Both the position numbers and the translations under genes were made by a program. From Eledone cirrhosa (taxonomy: Eukaryota), in assembly GCA_964016885.1 (NCBI GenBank), contig OZ024741.1, positions 241,118,001 to 241,182,000 of the forward strand: a stretch of 64,000 nucleotides of DNA, given 5' to 3'. The notes under the pieces are model-generated. The model saw only the letters and a program-made list of their open reading frames with translations, had not been told where the DNA came from and made no database searches. Positions within the stretch are counted from its first letter, which is position 1; every line of letters starts with the position of its first letter. Below are positions 50,915 through 64,000 of this stretch, one piece after another.

Positions 50915-52340
50915 TCTGTGAATGTGTAAATGTTTGTCTGTGTGTGTGTATTTGTGAGTTAGTATACATGTGTGTGTGTACTTGTCTCTGTGTATGTGTA
51001 AGTGTTTGTCTGTGTGTGTGTATTTGTGTTTGTGAGTCAGTATACATGTGTGTGTGTGTACTTGTCTCTGTGTATGTGTAAGTGTTTGTCTGTGTGCATT
51101 TGTGTTTGTGAGTCAGTATAAATGTGTGTGTGTGTGTGTGTACTTGTCTCTGTGAATGTGTAAGTGTTTGTCTGTGTGTGTGTATTTGTGTTTGTGAGTC
51201 AGTATACATGTGTGTGTGTGTGTGTGTATACTTGTCTCTGTGTATGTGTAAGTGTTTGTCTGTGTGTGTATTTGTGTTTGTGAGTCAGTATACATGTGTG
51301 TCTGTGTGTGTGTGTGTACTTGTCTCTGTGTATGTGTAAGTGTTTGTCTGTGTGTGTGTGTGTATTTGTGTTTGTTAGTCAGTATACATGTGTGTGTCTG
51401 TGTGTGTGTGTGTACTTGTCTCTGTGAATGTGTAAGTGTTTGTCTGTGTGTGTGTATTTGTGAGTTAGTATACATGTGTGTGTGTACTTGTCTCTGTGTA
51501 TGTGTAAGTGTTTGTGTCTGTGTGTGTATTTGTGTTTGTGAGTCAGTGTACATGTGTGTGTGTGTGTGTGTGTGTACTTGTCTCTGTGAATGTGTAAATG
51601 TTTGTCTGTGTGTGTGTGTATTTGTTAGTCAGTATACATGTGTGTGTGTACTTGTCTCTGTGTATGTGTAAGTGTTTGTCTGTGTGTGTGTGTATTTGTG
51701 AGTCAGTATACATGTGTGTGTGTGTGTGTGTGTACTTGTCTCTGTGTATGTGTAAGTGTTTGTTTGTGTGTGTGTATTTGTGTTTGTGAGTCAGTATACG
51801 TGTGTGTGTGTGTGTGTGTGTGTACTTGTCTCTGTGTATGTGTAAGTGTGTGTCTGTGTGTATTTGTGAGTCAGTATACATGTGTGTGTGTGTGTGTGTG
51901 TGTGTACTTGTCTCTCTGTACGTGTGTTTGTCTGTGTGTGTGTATTTGTGTTTGTGAGTCAGTATACGTGTGTGTGTGTGTGTGTGTACTTGTCTCAGTG
52001 TACGTGTGTTTGTCTGTGTGTGTGTATTTGTGTTTGTGAGTCAGTATACGTGTGTGTGTGTGTGTGTGTACTTGTCTCTGTGAATGTGTAAGTGCTTGTC
52101 TGTGTGTGTGTATTTGTGAGTCAGTATACATGTGTGTGTGTGTGTGTGTGTACTTGTCTCTGTGTATGTGTAAGTGTGTGTACTTGTCTCTGTGTATGTG
52201 TAAGTGTTTGTCTGTGTGTGTGTATGTATTTGTGTTTGTGAGTCAGTATACATCTGTGTGTGTGTGTGTGTGTGTACTTGTCTCTGTGTATGTGTAAGTG
52301 TTTGTCTGTGTGTGTGTATTTGTGTTTGTGAGTCAGTGTG
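50660..52340. repeat. Composite minisatellite, unit about 70-90 bp, about 21 copies
   Basis: gagtcagtatacat(gt)n acttgtctctgtgtatgtgtaagtgtttgtct(gt)n atttgtgtttgt. Confidence 0.92.
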
Positions 52341-52550
52341 CATTTGTGTGTGTGTGTAAATGTGTGTGTGTATGTGTGTGTATAAGTATATTTATGTTTG
52401 AGATTCAGTATGGATGTGTATAATACAACCATGTGTGTATAGTTAAATATATATCCTAAATCCACAACCTAAGTGTCAATGTATATACATTTCTGATCCA
52501 AGTAAAATATGTAATATTTCTATCTATCCAGCTATCTATCTAACTCCCCA

Positions 52551-52609
<59 letters not shown>

Positions 52610-52610
<1 letters not shown>

Positions 52611-52797
52611 CGAAGGAAATGTGGTAAGGAACCAGGTGGACCATAACGCACCAAAGTACTCAATACTTAGGGTAGTAGAGTGGGTAATAGGAACAAGTAA
52701 GACCCCGACGGCTGAGCTCAAGCCGTTTCGACGGCTAATCCTGGACTGAATTAGCCGTCGAAACGGCTTGAGCTCAGCCGCCGGGGTCTTACTTGTT

Positions 52798-52802
<5 letters not shown>
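52610..52802. mobile_element. Fold-back hammerhead half-element (family D)
   Basis: Palindrome 52687-52802 centred on hairpin gacggctaat-cctggactga-attagccgtc, followed by GAAAcggct..agccg. Confidence 0.65.
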
Positions 52803-52831
<29 letters not shown>

Positions 52832-52851
52832 CGCTATCTATCTAAACCCCC

Positions 52852-52883
<32 letters not shown>

Positions 52884-52908
52884 CCCCGCTATCTATCTAA
52901 CTCCCCAC

Positions 52909-52997
<89 letters not shown>

Positions 52998-53127
52998 GCT
53001 ATCTATCTAACTCCCCACTCTCTCTCTCTCTGTATATATATATATATATATATATAGGTTTTAATATAGATAAGGTTCTACAGGACTAGAACTGTTTCAT
53101 TCTTTAGAAATCACCAGGAATCATTTT

Positions 53128-53180
53128 GAGATTCCTGATGATTTCTAAAGAATGAAACAGTTCTAGTCCTGTAGAATTTC
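53128..53180 (+). ncRNA. Type I hammerhead ribozyme motif (family A) in palindrome 53058-53195
   Basis: gagattc-CTGATGA-t ttct aa agaa t-GAAA-cag ttctagtc ctg-TA-gaatttc. Confidence 0.72.
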
Positions 53181-53325
53181 ATCTATATTAAAACTTTTAT
53201 ACTCTGCTATGTATTGAGTACCTTACTTACTGTGGTTACCTCCGATTCAACCCGGAATAACGTATATATATATATATCCCCACTATCTATCTATCTCCCC
53301 CCCCCCCCGCCTCTCTCTCTCTCTC

Positions 53326-53371
<46 letters not shown>

Positions 53372-53449
53372 CACTATCTATCTATCTCCCCCCCTCCGCC
53401 TCTCTCTCTCTCTCTCTCTCTCTCTATTTATATATATATATATATATAT

Positions 53450-55439
53450 CATCATTTTTTTATGTCTGTTGTTCCCCGCTAGCATGAGTTGGACATGTCT
53501 TTCTTGGTACAGCATCTCTCCATTTGTCACATTCCTTTGTCATCTCCTCTGTGAGCTTCAGTGGTCTGAGGGCAGCTCCCATCACTTCCATCCAGGGCTT
53601 CCTTCCATTGGGAATATTTTGCATTTCCTCACCCAGCAATCACCATCCATGTACATCACATGTCCATACCAACACAGTCTTCTCTCCTGTACACCACCTC
53701 TGATACCTCTTACACACAGTTTCTCCCTCAGTTCATTCATGCTTTATTATTCTTGCACATTTACATTGGATATCCATTGAAGCATGTTTGCCTCATTTCT
53801 CTCCAGCCTCTGCATGTCTTCTGCAGTCGCTGCACATATTTCACTACCATGCAGCCTGGCACTTCACACACAGGCATCATACAACTGACCTTTGATTTAC
53901 AGGGAGAAACAGTTTGTTGTTGGCAGGGGTTGCAGTTCCCTAAACTTCTTCCACCCTGTCCTTATTCTAGCTACTATGCTCTCCAAGCACACTACTCTAC
54001 TGCTAATTATATCACATAGGTTGCAGAAACTATCAACCATTTCTATGGATCCTTCCTGAGATTGGAAAAGGTTTATATTATTTATTTTATAATTGACACT
54101 CTTTCTATCAACTGCCCCAGAACATCTAAAATACACAATCTCTTCCTTTCCTGTTAGTCTGCCTGTTATTCCACTACATCTCTTATCTACCCAAAATTTG
54201 TACCCATATACAGATATGTACCCAGATACAGTTTATGCCTACTCCTTTTCTATATATTGAGCAAGGCCATTTCCCTGGTGAGATTGGTGCCCTATCTTCT
54301 CTCCTACTTAACATTTTGGTTCTTGCTAAATCTACTCTAAGCCCTTTTGATTTTAAGTTCTATTTCCACAGCCAGAATTTTGTACTCTAGTTCTTCCATA
54401 GACTCAGCTATGAGAACCAGATCATAGGCATACAGAAGTTCCCATGGGCAACCAGTCTTAAACTCCTCTGTTATGGCCAGGGGAACTAGGATAAACAGGA
54501 GTAGGCTAAGAACTGAACCCTGATACACTCTACTTGTACCTTAAATTCCTTGCTAAACTTACTTCCTAATCTCACTTTTCTTACAGCTCCTTTGTAAATG
54601 ACTTGCACTGCTCTTACAAGCCTCTCTAGTTTCCTTAAGAACCACTAAATGACCGATCGGAGTACTCTGTCAAAGGCTTTCTCTAGATCAACAAAAGCTA
54701 GATATAGAGGCTTACTCTTAGCCAAGAACTTCTCTTGTAATTATCTTATTAAAAAAAGGACATCTGTGGTACTCCTCCCAGGTATGAAACCAAATTATCT
54801 AATCTAATTTGACTCTTTTCCTAATTAGTTGTGCTTTTTCTGTCACTTTGATAACTTGAGCTGTTAGTTTTACTCCTCTGTAGTTGCACCTTTCTAGCAC
54901 ATCACCCTTGATGCAATTAATAATTATACTGCTGCACCAGTCATTGGGTATGGTCCCATCCTGTATTATCTGATTGACTATGTGGGTGACTAGTTCAACT
55001 CCTACTTCTCCAGACGCTTTAGCATTTCAGTGACAAACCTGCAGCTTTACCTTTTTTTATCTCCTTGATTTCTTCTTTGACCCTATATCTGTCAATTTTT
55101 ATAGCTGTTCCCTCTGTTGGGTCAGTTGGGATTAGTCACCTTTCCTCCCATTCCTTCTCCGCATTCATTAACCTCTCTTAGTAGCATTTCCAGACCTCTT
55201 TCTTTTGAGTATCAGTGATGCTAAGTGCACCGGTGTCTTTCTAACACACTTTTCCTCAACAATATTCTGGTTTACACTAATACACTACCTTGTAATGTGA
55301 AACACCTCACACCTCTGATCTTCTTGTCACAAGACATTGGCAGTCATCCTTTCAGCCTCTTTTCGTGCAATGTATACTTGTTGCTTAGCCTCTCTTTTAG
55401 CTACCATGTACCAGTCGTTGTTGCTCTTCAGACTGGTGA

Positions 55440-55440
<1 letters not shown>
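53450..55440 (-). mobile_element. Degraded RTE LINE (RT domain, PHD insert, 3' tail)
   Basis: [56 protein letters not shown]; many stops and frameshifts. Confidence 0.85.
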
Positions 55441-55497
<57 letters not shown>

Positions 55498-56041
55498 ACG
55501 TTTCTGAATTTGTTTAGCAAGATTCTTATCTGAAAACGTGTGTTGAAACCGATATTGTTTAACTTTGGGAGGGTCATGTTGCCAATAAGAAACACACACA
55601 CCAGTTGTTTCACTCCAATTTATTATGAATTAAGTTTATAAATTTAAGAATTTATAAATTTCCGGTTGGTTGGTTGGTTCCATAACCGGACGGATGTTCA
55701 TATATTGTCAAAGTTCTTTCGTCACACATTCTGTGACCTCTTCAATGACTGGGGATTCTTTTCTTTGTTTTTGTGCCTCTCCTTTGTTCTGTCCTACGCC
55801 ATCTTGTTTTTGTGTGGCCTAGGATAGAAAAAAGGAGAGGCACAAAAACAAAGAAAAGAATCCCCAGTCACTGAACAGGTCACAGAATGTGTGACGAAAG
55901 AACTTTGACAATATATGAACATCCGTCTGGTTATGAAACCAACCAACCAACCAGAAATTTATAAATTTAATTTATAATAAATTGGAGTGAAAGCAACTGG
56001 TGCGTGTGTTTCTTATTGGCAACATGACCCTCCCAAAGCAT

Positions 56042-56096
<55 letters not shown>

Positions 56097-56192
56097 TGTA
56101 TATATATATATGTGGTTGAAGCCTGAGCGAAAGGAATAGTCAATACCAAAGTAGAGTTTTAATATTCATAAAAATATATCTTTATATATATA

Positions 56193-56270
<78 letters not shown>

Positions 56271-57310
56271 GATGGTACAACTCGAATATGTTGAGATATA
56301 CACAAACACATTTACATATATAGCTATGTGTATAAACACATAACTGTGTGTACATATATATATGGATATATACAACTGCATGTGCATATAACTATGTGTA
56401 TAAAAACATAAAATCATGTGTATGTATAGCATTATGTGTATCACATTTTGTAGTCACAGAATTGTTTTCATTTAATAAATTTTTATGTATACATATATCT
56501 GTATATATATAAAATTAAGTATGTGTGTGTCTGTGTGTCTGTGAGTTACCTATAAGGGCCTACATCTTACGACTGATTTTCATGAAAATTTACAAGCTCA
56601 TAGATTACTCATCGGGCAGTGGTTTCTATATATCAGCGTATGTTTTTTTTTTATTGCGGGGTCATTCTGCAGATAAATATCGATAGGGGGGGTCACCTTT
56701 TTTTAGGTATCGAAAAATAAGATTTTTGGCTCTAGCTCCCACATTTTGCGACCGATTTCGTTCAACCTTTAAAGCAAAATAGAATTTATCATTGCACATC
56801 CTGTAATGGCTTTTATATTTTGCATTTGTTGTTCAGGGACGGCGTGGCAGCCGCTTAAATATTCAAAATTACCACTTTTAGACTCAAATTTCCACTTTTT
56901 CGTCTCTAGCTCCCACATTCATCAACCTACTTTGTTCAAATTTTACACTACGCTAGATCTGATTATTTCACGTCTTAAAGTGGCTTTACATTTGCCATTT
57001 TTTGTTCAGGAACGGCGTGGCAGCTGCTTAAATATTTGAAAATACCACCTTTTTGCTCAAATTTCCCCCTTTTCGGCTCTAGCTCCCACATTTTTCAACC
57101 AATTTCGTTCAAATTTGAAACTCCCTCCCCCAGCATGCCCTTTCGTCAGTCACTCACGTTTCTCAGTGATAGATGTCATCACTACCCTCCCTCGCATGGC
57201 CTGTGTGTGGCCATAGATGAGTCATCGAGAAGCAGTTGCTAAGATCAACACCTTTTCATCAAGGCAGATATTATTTTACCTACCCAGGCAACGCTGGGTA
57301 CTGCTGCTAG
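54716..57310. repeat. Local segmental duplication, copy 2 (probable donor)
   Basis: Collinear with 42336-45085; includes palindrome 55564-56037 and Helitron-like 56498-57310. Confidence 0.93.
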
Positions 57311-57351
57311 TATCATATATATATGAGTGTATGTTTCTATGTATTCATCTT

Positions 57352-57402
<51 letters not shown>

Positions 57403-58263
57403 CTTACACACTTTCACACAGACATACTATCATACACACACCCAAACATACAAACATACTCATATACACACAAACTCATGGACGCATACACATAAACACA
57501 TGCACACACATATACACTGACATAAAACACATATTTACTCAGACAAACATACACATATATACACAAATTCACAATCTCTCATAAACACACATATATAAAA
57601 ATTCTGTCATGCAAACGTATACACACTCAAACACACAAACTTGCACATACACATTCACACACACATATACAGTGACATTAAAATGTACATATACACTCCT
57701 CACACATACACACTCACGCACACACACATTTCCCCACATATACACTGACTCACAAATATGTACACAATAAAACACACAAACACGCATACACACACTTGCA
57801 CACACACTCACACACACTGACATACATATATACACTCAATCAAACACACAAATATGCACATATACACACAAACTCACATACACACACACACACAGAAACC
57901 TGGAGGGATTACTTCACATTGCTGGAGAGAAATTAACAAATGGCTAATCTAATTTGCATGAGATATGATAAAAATATATGTAATAAAGTGTAAATAAATG
58001 AGCATGCATACTCCTACACACACACACACATACATAGAAGCATATATGTACAAAGCAGACATGCACACACATACTCACATACACACCTTCACACATGCAT
58101 ATATATGAGTATTCATATATAATATGCACACATACACACATTCACTCATGTGCAAACCCTCACACATACACACAGACACACACTCACATACAAACATATA
58201 TTTTTAAAATTTCATATATAATCCACACATGCACATACACACAGACACACACATACACACACA

Positions 58264-58303
<40 letters not shown>

Positions 58304-58611
58304 TATATTTACAGTTTTATCATCATCATCATCATGCTAATATGGGTTGGCCAAACTATTACATTCTGAGTCAGTTTTTTATTCAGAGTTACTGCCCTCC
58401 AAAATGTTTTGGCAAGCCACATCGTACTGGATATTTTCATTTTATTATGATTTCTATAGCTAGATGCCCTTCATAATCAGGACGGGATTTACCAGTAGTC
58501 TTAGAAGGCCACTGGCTTAGGGCCACAAGTATCTAGAGGCCCACTGAAACTAATGCAGCATGCAAGTGTATAACCTTGTTTCAAGTGTGTACTGGGTATT
58601 TGATTCATCAT

Positions 58612-58900
58612 TTTCATCATCATTTTACGTCCGCTTTTCCCTGCTTGCAAGGGTGGGATGAGAACTGAATCTGGCTTGATTTCTACAGCTGGATGCCCTT
58701 CCTAACACCAACCTCATTTACAGTGAGTGCGGGGTGCTTTTTTGCCGTGGCACCTCCACGACCACTTTGCAGTGGAATGATAGGGACCCCAGTCCCTATC
58801 ATCTCATTTCTACAGCTGAGTAAACTGGAGCAATGTGAAATAAAGTGTCTTGCTCAAGGAAACAACACATCACCCGGTCTGAGAATTGAACTCAGTTTAA
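58612..58900 (-). mobile_element. SINE with an RTE-LINE-derived 3' tail
   Basis: Central domain matches 10870-11100; tail cccacccttgcaagcagggaaaagcggacgtaaaatgatgatg matches the RTE end at 10597-10645. Confidence 0.85.
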
Positions 58901-59928
58901 TAACTAGATGGTTGTTTGTTTATTGTCAGTGACTTATTTGTTATTTTATGTCTCTCATTTGTTCTGTCCTACACAATGTCAGGTCAGGAGACCACATCTT
59001 GTTCATATGGATCTGTCTTTTGGGTTGGTTTCTATGGCTGTATGCCCTTCCTAACACCAACCATATTACAGTGTGGACTGGGTGGTTTTTATAGTAGTGG
59101 CAACACAACAACCATCTACCAGGGTGAACTGATTGCTTTTTGCCATGTCACCAGCACAACCACCTTACAGGACATAGTGAATGGCTTTTGTCGTCTCACC
59201 AGCAAGCTCACCTTACAGGGTGGACAGAGTGCTCTTTCTGCTTGTGTCACCAACATGGTCACCTTATAGGCTGTGCTGAGTGCTTTTTTTCAGTATCATA
59301 CTAAAGTGGGTATTTTAAATATGTAAAATATTCAAACATTAACTGAATGCGCACTCAATCCATGCGAGCAAAGTACAAGATATATTAAAGAGTAAATTGA
59401 CAGTGACTTTGAAGTTTCAACTATTGTTTCATCTATGTGTGTGTTGTGTGTGCCTGTGGGTGTGTATATGTGTGTGTGGATCTGAAAGAGCTGGACGTGT
59501 TTTATGACTTGAAAACGTTGGTAATGTATAAATAAGTCAAATTATTGTTATAATTACGCTCAACATACACATTGTTTTGAGTGGACTTTTCGTTTAAACA
59601 CACACTCTCTCTCTCTCTCTAAACAACACAATCGGTACAGTATATGGAAGGGATTATACATACACACACACACACATATATATATATGTATATAGAGAGA
59701 CGTATGTGAGCCCTACATATAATAAAGAGACACACACACATACACACACAGACACACATATATATATATGTATATAGAGAGACGTATGTGAACCCTACAT
59801 ATAATAAAGAGATACACACACATACACACACAGACACACACACATATATATATATATATATTTGTAACACAACCCATAAAAACAAGATGGTGCAGGACAG
59901 AACAAAGGAGAGACACAAAATAAAAACC

Positions 59929-59975
59929 TAGTCACTGAGGAGGTCACAGAATGTGTGACGAAAGAGCTTTGATTA
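59929..59975 (+). ncRNA. Hammerhead motif (family B, single arm 59870-60120)
   Basis: tagtca-CTGAGGA-g-gtcaca gaatg tgtgac-GAAA-gagcTT-tgatta. Confidence 0.6.
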
Positions 59976-60161
59976 TATAAACAACCATCCGGTTATCGAA
60001 CCAACCAACCAACCAGCCAGCCAACCAGCCAACTAATCAACTGGAATTTATAATAAATTGAAGTGAAAACATTAGGTGCGTGTGTTTTTATTGGCAACAT
60101 GACCCTACCAAAGTTTAACAAATATATATATATATATATATATATTTTATTGTATAGAAGG

Positions 60162-60212
60162 AGCTTCTACAGGACTAGTACTGTTTCATTCAGATGAAAT
60201 CTTCAGGAAGCT
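60162..60212 (-). ncRNA. Type I hammerhead ribozyme motif (family A)
   Basis: agcttc-CTGAAGA-t ttca tc tgaa t-GAAA-cag tactagtc ctg-TA-gaagct. Confidence 0.72.
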
Positions 60213-60470
60213 GGGTGTCATATTAAGTTCTGGTATTTATACATTTAGGTAGTGGTAAGGGAGGCGTGGTGGCTGCGGGGGGGGGGGGGGTAGGATTCTA
60301 TTTAGATGCACAGGACCACAACATGGCACAGACTGAGGTGAGTGGTCAAGTTAACATACAAGCCACAGGAGGCCAGAGTGTTTTTGTAGAATGGAAAGAA
60401 TAAAATATATTTACATACTCACAACCACATACATAAACACTTACACATACATATATATATGCATACCTAT

Positions 60471-60503
<33 letters not shown>

Positions 60504-60884
60504 AGGGCGGTGCCCCAGCATGGCCTCAGCCGGATGGCTGAAACAGGTAAAAGAGTATACTCGCGGACGCACGCATCTGAACACTGTACACAGTAATTTC
60601 CATTATCTTATACACGTATGCGTGTGTGCGTGCGTGTGTGCAATTTTCACAGAACCATTGGTAGCAGTTGTCTGTGAAGCTCATTTAAGACAAACTCAGT
60701 TCTCTCCCTTACATACTGCTCTGTTGTCTCAGGTTCTGTGTTGACTTGTTCGACAAATGATGGGATAATTAAGACTAAGAACGTATACGAACCCATATAA
60801 TTAACATATATTTAATCTCTCGTTGGATATTCTAAGCTGTGAGTATGTCACAGTTACATCAGCATTTATAATTGAAACATAAGG

Positions 60885-61070
60885 CAGACAATTTAGGGGA
60901 AATGGTAAACCGATTACATTTACCGAACTACGTGACTAGAACGTTATTTTATCAACTCTAGAACGATGAAAGGTAAAGTTGTTCTCGGTGAAATTCGAAC
61001 TTAGAATGTAAAGAACCTGATGGAATACGTCGAAGCAGTTCTTGCGGCGCTCTAACAATTCTGTCTATAC
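60885..61070 (-). mobile_element. Old Nin/Deu-domain SINE
   Basis: ttattttatcaac..gatgaaaggtaaagtt..ctcggtgaaattcgaactt. Confidence 0.65.
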
Positions 61071-61589
61071 ATGGAGTAAGAAACTCTCGGGAGAGCTGGA
61101 TAGCAGGTCTTCAAAGAAGAACACCCCCTCATGCAAGTGTTTAGACCCTTAACTTCTTACATTTTAAAGAGACCGGCCGATCCAGGTCTCGACTCCTGGG
61201 TGCTCTTCATCTAACACGTTTTAGCCTCCTGGATATCGGAGAGTTGTGTATTTAAACCGAGACACTGCATCCTTTAAAACCTGAAATTCGCCAACACTAC
61301 ACCTGTTTATCCCCCCTCCATACACATGCACACATGTATATCATGACTCATACAGTGTTCCCTTTCCTGACATTTGTACATTTTTCTATGTACTATACAT
61401 GCACACTTGATGAGTTGTAGTGCACCTGAGCACTGTACACAATAATTTCATTACTATTATTCAAAATCTACCTGTAACTCCTATACGTTGTACTTTATTG
61501 TCGTTACAGTTTGATAGCACTCCCTTACTTAAATGTCTGTTTATTATACGTAAGGTTCATATACGCCTTTATTGTGAATCACTCTGTGA

Positions 61590-62255
61590 TAGTGCTATCG
61601 GCAGAACGTCAGACACCATGCTTTGCAGCATAGTTACGGCCCTTTGCGTTCTGAGTTCAAATCCCACCGAGGTTAACTTTGCCTTTCATTCTTACGGGGT
61701 CGATAAAATAAAGTACCAGTAATGCACTGGGGTAATCGCCGGCCTTGTGCCAAAAGTAGAAACTCTTTTATTTTTTTTTCTAGACGTAGTGTATTTAATA
61801 TGTCATTATTTTTATACGGGGATTGGCAGTATCGGTAGAGGGTCGGACGCCATGCTTTCCAGCATAGTTACGTCCCTTTACGATCTGAGTTCAAATCCCG
61901 CCGAGGTTAACTTTGCCTTTCATTCTTACGGGGTCGATAAAATAAAGTACCAGTAATGTACTGGGATAATTGCTGGCCTTGTGCCAAAAGTAGAAACAAT
62001 TATTTTTATAAGATGGTAAGTTGTGTAATTTGAGGAAGACCTGACTGCTAGTCCAGGTAGGTTGAATGACAAAGGCAGTATCGGTAGAGGGTCAGACGCC
62101 ATGCTTTGCAGCAAAGAGTTACGGCCCTTTATGGTCTGAGTTCAAATCCCGCCGAGGTTAACTTTGCCTTTCATCCTTACGGGGTGGATAAAATAAAGTA
62201 CCAGTAATACACTGCGATAATTGTTGACCTTGTGCCAAAAGTAGAAACAATTATT
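61590..62255 (+). mobile_element. Three Nin/Deu-domain SINEs
   Basis: Cores at about 61670, 61905 and 62155. Confidence 0.9.
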
Positions 62256-62884
62256 GGTTTAGAATACTGAGTGTTGTCATCGTCGTTGTATATCACTGAC
62301 AATTTCTTTTAGGATGGAGTAGTCTCCCTTGAAGCAGTAAAGCGAATACCGAATATTAATGTTTAAAGTAACGTTTCCTCGCCATCACACATGTCCACAC
62401 TATTATACTACACCACAACACAATATAGCCTCCCTACCACACTACATGACGATATATCATCTATTCACTACCACATCCACCACACGCCCCCACCACCATA
62501 CAACATGTCCTCTGTACCACACTACACTGCCACACAACATGTCCTCATTGCCACACTACACCAACATACATATCCTCACTACCACACTACATCACCATAC
62601 AACATATCCTCTCTACCAGACAACACAACATGTTCTCAAAACCACACAATATATCCCCATCACACAATATGTCCTCCTTACCACACAACACATCCCCACC
62701 ACACAACACAACCACACAAGATATGCACACACCACCACATGTCCTCACTGCCTCACTACAACACCACACAACATGTCTTCACTGCAACACTCCACCACCA
62801 CAAAACGTCCTCACCACTGCATTACACCACCACACAACATGACTTCACCTCACAACTACCACCACCTCCATGACACCACCATAC

Positions 62885-64000
62885 CACTACCACATGACCA
62901 CAATACTACACCATACAACACCAAACTACCACATGATCACAATACTACACCATACAACACCAAACTACCACATGATCACAATAGTACACCATACAACACC
63001 AAACTACCACATGATCACAACACTACACCATACAACACCAAACTACCACATGATCACAATAGTACACCATACAACACCAAACTACCACATGATCACAATT
63101 CTACACCATACAACACCAAACTACCACATGATCATAATAGTACACCATACAACACCAAACTACCACATGATCACAATACTACACCATACAACACCAAACT
63201 ACCACATGATCACAATAGTACACTATACAACACCAAACTACCACATGATCACAATACTACACCATGCAACACCAAACTACCACATGATCACAATAGTACA
63301 CCATACAACACCAAACTACCACATGATCACAATACTACACCATGCAACACCAAACTACCACATGATCACAATACTACACCATACAACACCAAACTACCAC
63401 ATGAACACAATACTACACCATGCAACACCAAACTACCACATGATCACAATACTACACCATACAACACCAAACTACCACATGATCACAATACTACACCATA
63501 CAATACCAAACTACCACATGATCACAATACTACACCATACAACACCAAACTACCACATGATCACAATAGTACACCATACAACACCAAACTACCACATGAT
63601 CACAATACTACACCATACAATACCAAACTACCACATGATCAAAATACTACACCATACAACACCAAACTACCACATGATCACAATAGTACACCATACAACA
63701 CCAAACTACCACATGATCACAATACTACACCATACAACACCAAACTACTGCATGATCACAATACCACACCATACAACACCAAACTACCACATGACCACAA
63801 TACTACACCATACAACACCAAACTACCACATGATCACAATACTACACCATACAACACCAAACTACCACATGATCATAATAGTACACCATACAACACCAAA
63901 CTACCACATGATCACAATACTACACCATACAACACCAAACTACCACATGATCACAATAGTACACTATACAACACCAAACTACCACATGATCACAATACTA
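62885..64000. repeat. Homogeneous 39-bp tandem repeat, at least 28 copies, running off the window
   Basis: Unit actaccacatgatcacaatactacaccatacaacaccaa; period 39 (ccaaactacc at 62921, 62960, 62999). Confidence 0.96.

Noticed and set aside
59478-59525. ctgaaaga...gaaaacgtt hammerhead-like motif
   Set aside because: Core spacing is wrong and the stems do not pair convincingly

Overview
AT-rich, repeat-saturated eukaryotic non-coding DNA, most likely a coleoid cephalopod (octopus). That assignment is inferred from the SINE families and the microsatellite load. No host protein-coding gene can be supported, and nearly all long ORFs in the track are translated microsatellites. Recognisable elements: a 5'-truncated, frameshifted L1/Tx1-clade LINE (25.4-29.3 kb, minus); several RTE-clade LINE fragments (some with a PHD finger inside the RT, one with C2H2 fingers); a young 2.1-kb non-autonomous LTR element with a tRNA-Trp PBS; Helitron-like elements; more than 20 tRNA-derived Nin/Deu-domain SINEs; and several minisatellites. 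The most striking signal is about 10 or more type I hammerhead ribozyme motifs from several unrelated families. Many sit in fold-back palindromes bounded by (TA)n. One is a near-identical 469-bp, highly structured tandem unit with two canonical minimal hammerheads (32942-33746, minus), a candidate retrozyme/circRNA-producing element. A 2.7-kb duplication has Helitron-like termini (TC...CTAG). All base-pairing was done by eye and all coordinates were counted by hand, so edges may be off by a few bases.
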